In this document: one piece after another, positions 1 to 4,085 of the stretch
Layout: each line of letters starts with the position of its first letter
How positions within the stretch are numbered: the first letter of the stretch is position 1
Virus record (IMG/VR): IMGVR_UViG_2778261570_000019
Coordinates: 1 to 4,085 of that record
Reading direction: 5' to 3' (one strand)
Source of the DNA: a virus
Lineage: Duplodnaviria; Heunggongvirae; Uroviricota; Caudoviricetes
DNA: 4,085 nucleotides
The notes under the pieces: generated by a model
What the model saw: only the letters and a program-made list of their open reading frames with translations
Database searches by the model: none
Told to the model about the DNA's origin: nothing
Program-made: the position numbers and the translations under genes

Positions 1-196
1 ATTCCAGCACCTCAGATAAGCGCCAGACTTTTGTTTGTGGGCCAATACATATTTTCCGTGGAAATTTTCCTTCCTTTTCAAGTAATGCTCTGTGTCTCCT
101 GCCAAGAGCTGTTAACCATGCACATTCATCTTCCTTAATCATCCTGTCGATTGTTTTATCATTTTCAAGTTCTTCACGCGTAACTATTTCAATCAT
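1..196 (-). CDS. AlpA/Vis-family HTH regulator or excisionase, partial (C-terminus lies beyond the window start)
   Basis: Minus-strand frame is open from ATG 196..194 to position 1; it is absent from the ORF track because it runs off the edge. Hand translation: MIEIVTREELENDKTIDRMIKEDECAWLTALGRRHRALLEKEGKFPRKICIGPQTKVWRLSEVLE... The stretch ECAWLTALGRRHRALLEKEGKFP..VWRLSEVLE fits the AlpA-family HTH pattern as I recall it (..TGLSRSTIYRLIKEGKFPKP..GGR.VRW.ESEV.EW). The ATG overlaps the integrase stop by 8 nt (AATGATTGA), with GGTGA about 5 nt upstream. An alternative start is ATG 142..140. Confidence 0.6.
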   Translation of the reverse strand, partial: MIEIVTREELENDKTIDRMIKEDECAWLTALGRRHRALLEKEGKFPRKICIGPQTKVWRLSEVLE

Positions 197-1397
197 TACC
201 GTCACCACTAATTAGCTTATTCAGATAGTCGTACCACCAGTTCATAGCTTCTTTTTTTCTGTCCATATACTGACTTCTGTTATAAACCCCGGCAACACCG
301 CCTAATGTGTGCCCAAGCAACTGTTCAACCACATTATGTTCAAAACCATGATCACTTAGCTTTGTGGCAAACACTCTTCGCATATCATGCGCCGTCCATT
401 TTTCCGAGTGTTTCATCCTTTTCCATGTCTTACCGATAGTTACGCTTGCCGTACACTGACGCATATCAAACCCAATCACATTTTCTTTGTTACCTGTTAT
501 TTTTTTTAACGTAACTAACCAGTTAAACATGCCATCAGGAATCGGTCTGATTATTTCCCTGCCATTTTTGCTATGATCAGCGGGAACGCGCCATAATTTC
601 TTATCAAAATCCCACTCTACCCAGGACGACAGTAATACTTCTGACAGTCGACAACCAAAAACTACCAGGAAACGTAAAATAATTCGGTTTTCATATGATA
701 ATTCGTGATTGTCATAATCAGTATTAATACTTCGCCATAAATCTCTGATTTCATCATCTGTTAAAACCCTGCTTCTTCGCGCAGACTTTTTTCCCACATC
801 ACAGACCTCAAGATCATCAATTTCATGACTAATCGCGTATTTTCTTACCCTACAAAATTTAAGCGCCTGTTTTGATATACGCAACAAAGCTCCGGCCTGT
901 ACAGGTGCTACTTTTTTTATTTTGTCAAAACACTTGATCCACATAGATATAGAGCAATCACTAAGTGGTACATGACCAATCACCGGATAAATATGTTTAC
1001 CAAAGCACTGCCTGATATGTTCTGCTCCCCTACGCTTATCCATTGCATAATTATCAAGCCAGTATTCAAGTGCCTCACGAACGGTAACAGGTTGCAAGGT
1101 GGCTTCCCGTTCAATTTTTATCTGAATCCGTGGATCTCTGCCCTCCGCAAGCCAGGTTCGACACTGATCGCGCATCTCTCTCGCTGATTTGAGACTCAGA
1201 TCAGGATATTTTCCAAGTGTCAGCCAGATGGGCGCGGTTCCCCTTCCCGCCAGTCTGTAAAAGAAAACAAAACTAACACATCCGTATTTACTGACCCGTA
1301 CCGAAAGCCCGTTACCATCAGCGATGGTTTCCTGCCTCTCACTCCTGCGCCCAAGCAGGGAACGAAGTTTTTTATCGCTCAGTTTGTTTAGCGCCAT
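189..1397 (-). CDS. int: Tyrosine site-specific integrase, P4-like family
   Basis: ORF track 189..1463; the likely true start is the internal ATG at 1397..1395 (MALNKLSDKKLRSLL...), since the 22 residues before it are hydrophobic junk. The N-terminus resembles P4-like integrase arm-binding domains (ADGNGLSVRVSKYG..FVFFYR..LTLGKYPDLSLKSAREMRD). Catalytic-domain hallmarks are present: WVEWDFDKKLWRVPADHSK (P4 int has WDEFDFDKSLWRIPA), HDMRRVFATKL (H-x-x-R), and LGHTLGGVAGVYNRSQY (catalytic Tyr). Coordinates include the stop codon at 189..191. Confidence 0.93.
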   Translation of the reverse strand: MALNKLSDKKLRSLLGRRSERQETIADGNGLSVRVSKYGCVSFVFFYRLAGRGTAPIWLTLGKYPDLSLKSAREMRDQCRTWLAEGRDPRIQIKIEREATLQPVTVREALEYWLDNYAMDKRRGAEHIRQCFGKHIYPVIGHVPLSDCSISMWIKCFDKIKKVAPVQAGALLRISKQALKFCRVRKYAISHEIDDLEVCDVGKKSARRSRVLTDDEIRDLWRSINTDYDNHELSYENRIILRFLVVFGCRLSEVLLSSWVEWDFDKKLWRVPADHSKNGREIIRPIPDGMFNWLVTLKKITGNKENVIGFDMRQCTASVTIGKTWKRMKHSEKWTAHDMRRVFATKLSDHGFEHNVVEQLLGHTLGGVAGVYNRSQYMDRKKEAMNWWYDYLNKLISGDGND

Positions 1398-1402
1398 GTG
1401 AT

Positions 1403-2596
1403 TTATAACCCGTTTTTGCAATACACAGTGCAATACACAAATGATGAAAACAGCCAGAACCATCCAGAAAAAACAAAAACGACGAACAAGAAAAAATCTT
1501 TTTCTTTCATTTGGTTACTAAAAAAATCAGGACAGGTCGCACTGTTGTTACGGCGTGATGTTACTTTCTTCGTGAAAAAATTCACCCGCGCTGAAACCTG
1601 CTCCTTCGCTTTTTTCGCCAGACGACGCAGATCATCCCAGCGTTTACAGATGCCCAGGCCGGGATTCGCTTTCTGCCAGACCGTTTCATCAAACGGATCA
1701 TCTCCCTCATCGAGCGTGTAAATGATCGCAAAGTAGGAGTCGTCTTTTACTGCGCCCTCCACGTTGCTGTTATAGCCACGCAATACCTTAATGGCGTAAT
1801 CACGCTGCTCGTAACAGATCCCTTCCTTGTTAAACCCTGCAGTGGTGATACCAAATAACAGGGACTGCAGACGGGCACCGGTTGCCGTTTCCAGAACATC
1901 CCACACATCACGGGTTTTATGTGCATGCAGCTCATCAATAATGGCGCAGTGGATGTTCAGACCGTCCAGGTTGTTTGCATCCGAGGAAAGCGGTTCAAAT
2001 TTTGATGCGCTCTGCTCCTGGTAAATCGCCAGCTTGTTGAAATCAAACAATCGCCCGAGTGTCGACCGGGCTTTTCTGACCATATTTTTGGCGTCTTCAA
2101 ACACAATTCTGGCCTGGTCACGCGTGGTTGCGGCTGAATACACCTCAGCACCGCCTTCACCATCTGCCCCCGTCATATACAGGCCGATACCCGATGACAG
2201 GGTTGATTTTGCGTTTTTACGGGCGACTTCGTTGTACGCCGTACGGAACCGGCGCACCATCACCGGACGTCCGCTGCCATCGCTGCGCATGACAACTTCC
2301 CCGGTCTCTTCATTGACCAGCGGAATGACAAAACCAAAAATATTAATGAGGATAAATACATGCCAGTCCATCAGTTCAATGGGCTGGCCTGCCAGCGCCC
2401 CTTTCACATGGGGCACAAATTTGTAGAAATTCAGGATGTGCTGCGCACGGGGTTCACTAAAATAAATCCCCCGCTCTTCGCCGTACTTCAGATCATCAAG
2501 AAAACGCTGGCAGGCCAGACGGACAAATTCGCCAGCGACAATTTCTCCTGCAACAACACGTTCGGCGTAGCGGATCCCGTCAGCCACTTTTGCCAT
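1403..2596 (-). CDS. terL: Phage terminase large subunit, N-terminal ATPase portion; 3'-truncated or disrupted, nuclease domain absent (possible pseudogene)
   Basis: 397-aa ORF. N-terminus MAKVADGIRYAERVVAGEIVAGEFVRLACQRFLDDL.. and KGALAGQPIELMDWHVF are typical of HK97-like large terminases. Walker A-like VARKNAKST and Walker B-like IHCAIIDELH are present, as is WQKANPGLG. Resemblance ends near NFFTKKV (about 1562..1580); the last ~52 codons read through the AT-rich int upstream region (KEKDFFLFVVFVFSGWFWLF..) and stop at 1403. Full-length homologs are about 550 aa. ATG 2596..2594 overlaps the terS stop by 1 nt. Confidence 0.85.
   Translation of the reverse strand: MAKVADGIRYAERVVAGEIVAGEFVRLACQRFLDDLKYGEERGIYFSEPRAQHILNFYKFVPHVKGALAGQPIELMDWHVFILINIFGFVIPLVNEETGEVVMRSDGSGRPVMVRRFRTAYNEVARKNAKSTLSSGIGLYMTGADGEGGAEVYSAATTRDQARIVFEDAKNMVRKARSTLGRLFDFNKLAIYQEQSASKFEPLSSDANNLDGLNIHCAIIDELHAHKTRDVWDVLETATGARLQSLLFGITTAGFNKEGICYEQRDYAIKVLRGYNSNVEGAVKDDSYFAIIYTLDEGDDPFDETVWQKANPGLGICKRWDDLRRLAKKAKEQVSARVNFFTKKVTSRRNNSATCPDFFSNQMKEKDFFLFVVFVFSGWFWLFSSFVYCTVYCKNGL
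1417..1440. repeat. Tandem direct repeat, 2 x 12 bp (tgcaatacacag / tgcaatacacaa), 20-43 bp upstream of the int start codon
   Basis: Read directly: 1417..1428 tgcaatacacag and 1429..1440 tgcaatacacaa, 11 of 12 identical and adjacent. On the int coding strand it lies just upstream of TTATAAAT and the ATG. Possible integrase arm-type or regulator binding sites. Confidence 0.7.
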
Positions 2597-3078
2597 CAGT
2601 CTCTCGCTTTTAAAAGTTCCGCCAGCGGATCAACATCATCCGGTCCGGCGGTATTTACTTTCGCCCGGCTTGCCGGTGACATACCAAACTCTGCAAGCAT
2701 CGCCCGGATCCGCTTCCAGGCATCCGCTTTCATCGCAGCAGCCGGGTGTGCCTTAATCAGCACATCACCGTTCTGCGTTTTCGTGCGGTAGGTATACCCC
2801 TCAACATCGAGTGTTTCGCAGTGATGCCGGTATTCGGTGTAGGCTTCCACCAGTAACTCGAGTGCACGCGCATCAAGCTGAGAAATGATCCCTTCCGCAT
2901 TCAGTTCTTCCGCCATTCGCCTGAACCAGTACTTCCCCTGCGACCCTAAATGTTGCGGAATTTTAGGGAGACATTTTTCATCCTTTTTAGCGGTTTTTTT
3001 TGGGTCTTTAACGGGGCGCTTTGAGGGGTTGCCTCGTATCAAATGCAGGCGTGGCGGGGTTTTCAGGGGTCCCGGCAT
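2596..3078 (-). CDS. terS: Phage terminase small subunit, P27-family-like
   Basis: 160-aa ORF starting MPGPLKTPPRLHLIRGNPSKRPVKDP.., with AEFGMSPASRAKV near the C-terminus, as in P27-family small terminases. It sits immediately upstream of terL with a stop/start overlap (TGATG) and downstream of an HNH gene, the conserved cos-phage synteny. Confidence 0.85.
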   Translation of the reverse strand: MPGPLKTPPRLHLIRGNPSKRPVKDPKKTAKKDEKCLPKIPQHLGSQGKYWFRRMAEELNAEGIISQLDARALELLVEAYTEYRHHCETLDVEGYTYRTKTQNGDVLIKAHPAAAMKADAWKRIRAMLAEFGMSPASRAKVNTAGPDDVDPLAELLKARD

Positions 3079-3224
3079 AATCGGTTTTACCTATCAATCA
3101 TTTAATCACATTCCAAAAAAAAGTTTTCGAACCTGCGGCGATGCGAGGAAAGGTCAGGCGGCGGTCCCGGACAGCCAGGGTTGCAGGGATTTGACCCGCC
3201 CCTCCCCACAAGTGAGAATAATTA
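3079..3224. other. HNH-terS intergenic region; candidate cos / terminase recognition region (hypothesis)
   Basis: 146-bp non-coding gap between HNH and terS, where HK97-like phages carry cos. It contains a GC-rich tract aggcggcggtcc (3155..3166) sharing the GGCGGCG core with lambda cosN (GGGCGGCGACCT), a C-rich run cccgcccctcccc (3195..3207), and an imperfect inverted repeat (ggcggcggtc / gacccgcc). Confidence 0.25.
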
Positions 3225-3575
3225 TCACCTGATTCGTTCGCGCGCTGTTTTCGCTTTGTGGCAGGGCCAGCACAGACTCTGCAGGTTGCTGTCTGTGTCT
3301 GTTCCGCCATGCGCTTTCGGGATGATGTGGTCGACAGTTTTCGCCTCGCTCACCACACCGACACGCAGACACAACTGACACAGACCTTTATCGCGCTTCA
3401 GAATACGGGCACGAATCACCGTCCATTTTGAGCCATAGCCACGCTGGTGGCGGCTCAGTCCGCGCTGGTGCTGCACCCAGCCTTCACTCCGATGTTTATC
3501 ACAGTAGCCAGAGCTGTCTGTTGTTGTGCCTGCGCAGCCTCGCTTACGACATGCGCGGGGGATTTGTGATGGCAT
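3225..3575 (-). CDS. HNH endonuclease, phage packaging-associated (HK97 gp74-like)
   Basis: ORF track 3225..3611 begins at a GTG; the preferred start is ATG 3575..3573 (MPSQIPRACRKRGCAGTT..), which has GAGGAG 9 nt upstream. It has a Cys-rich N-terminus (C..GC..C.KH) and an HNH motif DHIIPKAHGGTDTDSNLQSLCWPCHKAK. Position directly upstream of terS supports the call. Confidence 0.85.
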   Translation of the reverse strand: MPSQIPRACRKRGCAGTTTDSSGYCDKHRSEGWVQHQRGLSRHQRGYGSKWTVIRARILKRDKGLCQLCLRVGVVSEAKTVDHIIPKAHGGTDTDSNLQSLCWPCHKAKTARERIR

Positions 3576-3617
3576 AGAATTTCGCTCCTCTAAAAAATAT
3601 TCTGCTCTCACCGTCGG

Positions 3618-3800
3618 TCAGTTCTGCATACACTGCCGGACACTATCAACAATTTCGCAGACCTGAGAAGCTGTATCGAAAAGCTGACGCGCCTTATCCA
3701 GGCTGACGCATCCCACCAGGAAAAAAGGCACCAGTATCGCTACCAGTGCCCATTTCGCCGTCGTTCGCGGCATTCTGTGTGTCCAGTGTTTTCGCTTCAT
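3618..3800 (-). CDS. Small predicted lipoprotein (about 60 aa), hypothetical
   Basis: ORF track 3618..3815 (TTG start); the preferred start is ATG 3800..3798 with GGTGG about 7 nt upstream. N-terminus MKRKHWTHRMPRTTAKWALVAILVPFFLVGC has a basic n-region, a hydrophobic core and a lipobox (LVGC). The mature part is about 30 aa with 3 Cys and no Pro. Codon usage looks enterobacterial (CTG-rich). Its stop is 40 bp upstream of the HNH start, so it is probably co-transcribed. Confidence 0.45.
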   Translation of the reverse strand: MKRKHWTHRMPRTTAKWALVAILVPFFLVGCVSLDKARQLFDTASQVCEIVDSVRQCMQN

Positions 3801-3972
3801 CTCACTATCCACCAATCAATCCGGATAAGCTCAATACTCGCCAGGCGGTGGAAATGAAAATGGCAACCAACATTGCTGAAAATGAAAGGCCAACAACCAC
3901 ACAGAGAATTCGCGCCAGTTTTATAATGCTATCTGACATATTTACCCCTGCCCCACTTACGATTTCACAGCA

Positions 3973-4085
3973 ATGATCAATTTTGCCATCCCATACAGCA
4001 TCGGAGACACAGTGATACCGACCGCCACCTACTTAATGGCAAAAGCCACCGCTCTGCTGATGTCATCAGTTACAGGCGCTTTCAA
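3973..4085 (+). CDS. Hypothetical protein, partial (runs off the window end); low-confidence call
   Basis: Plus-strand frame is open from ATG 3973 to the window end: MINFAIPYSIGDTVIPTATYLMAKATALLMSSVTGAF... Codons are dominated by C/G-ending preferred enterobacterial codons (CTG, ACC, GCC, ATC). No good SD precedes ATG 3973; an internal GTG 4012 has GGAG 5 nt upstream. It conflicts with a short minus-strand partial frame ending at 4029, which has poorer codon usage. Confidence 0.2.
   Translation, partial: MINFAIPYSIGDTVIPTATYLMAKATALLMSSVTGAF

Larger units (their letters stand above)
1..1565 (-). mobile_element. Leading end of an integrase-AlpA integrative element (P4-like satellite, PICI or island), partial; right boundary approximate
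   Basis: The int then alpA order in one orientation, with the att-proximal int upstream region at 1398..1565, matches the attL-int-alpA layout of P4-like elements and Gram-negative PICIs. The int region looks more AT-rich by eye than the packaging genes (not computed). terL family resemblance ends at about 1560..1570. Confidence 0.4.

Noticed and set aside
972-1187. Plus-strand 71-aa ORF inside the integrase gene
   Set aside because: It lies wholly antisense within a well-supported integrase CDS and has no recognisable motifs; it is a shadow ORF.
1398-1463. N-terminal extension of the integrase ORF (MVLAVFIICVLHCVLQKRVINH) from the upstream ATG at 1463
   Set aside because: The hydrophobic extension overlaps the tandem repeats and AT-rich promoter-like DNA; P4-family integrases begin at the MAL... 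motif, so the start at 1397 is preferred.
1403-1600. Simple frameshift in terL, with the C-terminal domain continuing in another frame
   Set aside because: Hand translation of the other two minus-strand frames between 1500 and 1560 hits stops (TAA at 1550..1548, TGA at 1529..1527, TGA at 1509..1507), and the integrase gene occupies the downstream DNA, so the nuclease-domain coding sequence is absent here.
1398-1721. Plus-strand 107-aa ORF spanning the int upstream region and the terL 3' end
   Set aside because: It is antisense to the terL tail and its low-complexity, Lys-rich product reflects AT-rich intergenic DNA; no RBS or motif supports it.
1747-2791. Overlapping ORFs within terL on both strands (1747..1938 -, 1827..2024 +, 1957..2163 -, 2034..2426 +, 2360..2791 +)
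   Set aside because: All are embedded in or antisense to the terL/terS coding frames, which carry clear family motifs; these alternative frames have no motifs and biased Ser/Arg/Pro composition.
3115-3150. tRNA-like T-loop motif (GGTTCGAA on the minus strand) in the HNH-terS gap, considered as a tRNA or tRNA-derived att site
   Set aside because: The flanking sequence cannot form the T-stem or acceptor stem, so it is not a tRNA gene; the hexamer TTCGAA is a short palindrome that occurs by chance.
2885-3381. ORFs 2885..3232 +, 3098..3310 -, 3154..3381 -, 3181..3378 + overlapping terS, the gap and HNH
   Set aside because: They overlap well-supported terS and HNH frames or run through the GC-rich intergenic tract; they are likely spurious open frames in GC-rich DNA.
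3225-3575. HNH gene as a free-standing homing endonuclease or intron-associated mobile gene
   Set aside because: The Cys-rich N-terminus plus its position immediately upstream of terS matches the conserved packaging-associated HNH of HK97-like cos phages rather than an intron or intein.

Overview
The window spans a junction between two phage-related modules, all coding on the minus strand. Coordinates 1 to about 1565 hold the leading end of an integrative element: a P4-family tyrosine integrase (189..1397) followed by a partial AlpA/Vis-family regulator gene (1..196) that runs off the window. Coordinates 1403..3800 hold a cos-phage DNA-packaging module in the usual HK97-like order: small lipoprotein, HNH endonuclease, terminase small subunit (P27-family-like), terminase large subunit. 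The large subunit ORF keeps its ATPase region but loses family resemblance at about 1560 and ends in an AT-rich tail with no nuclease domain, directly before the integrase upstream region. The leading interpretation is that the int-alpA element inserted into terL of a resident prophage, or that a rearrangement fused them. Family assignments come from motif recognition by eye; no database search was run. No rRNA, tRNA or CRISPR array was found.
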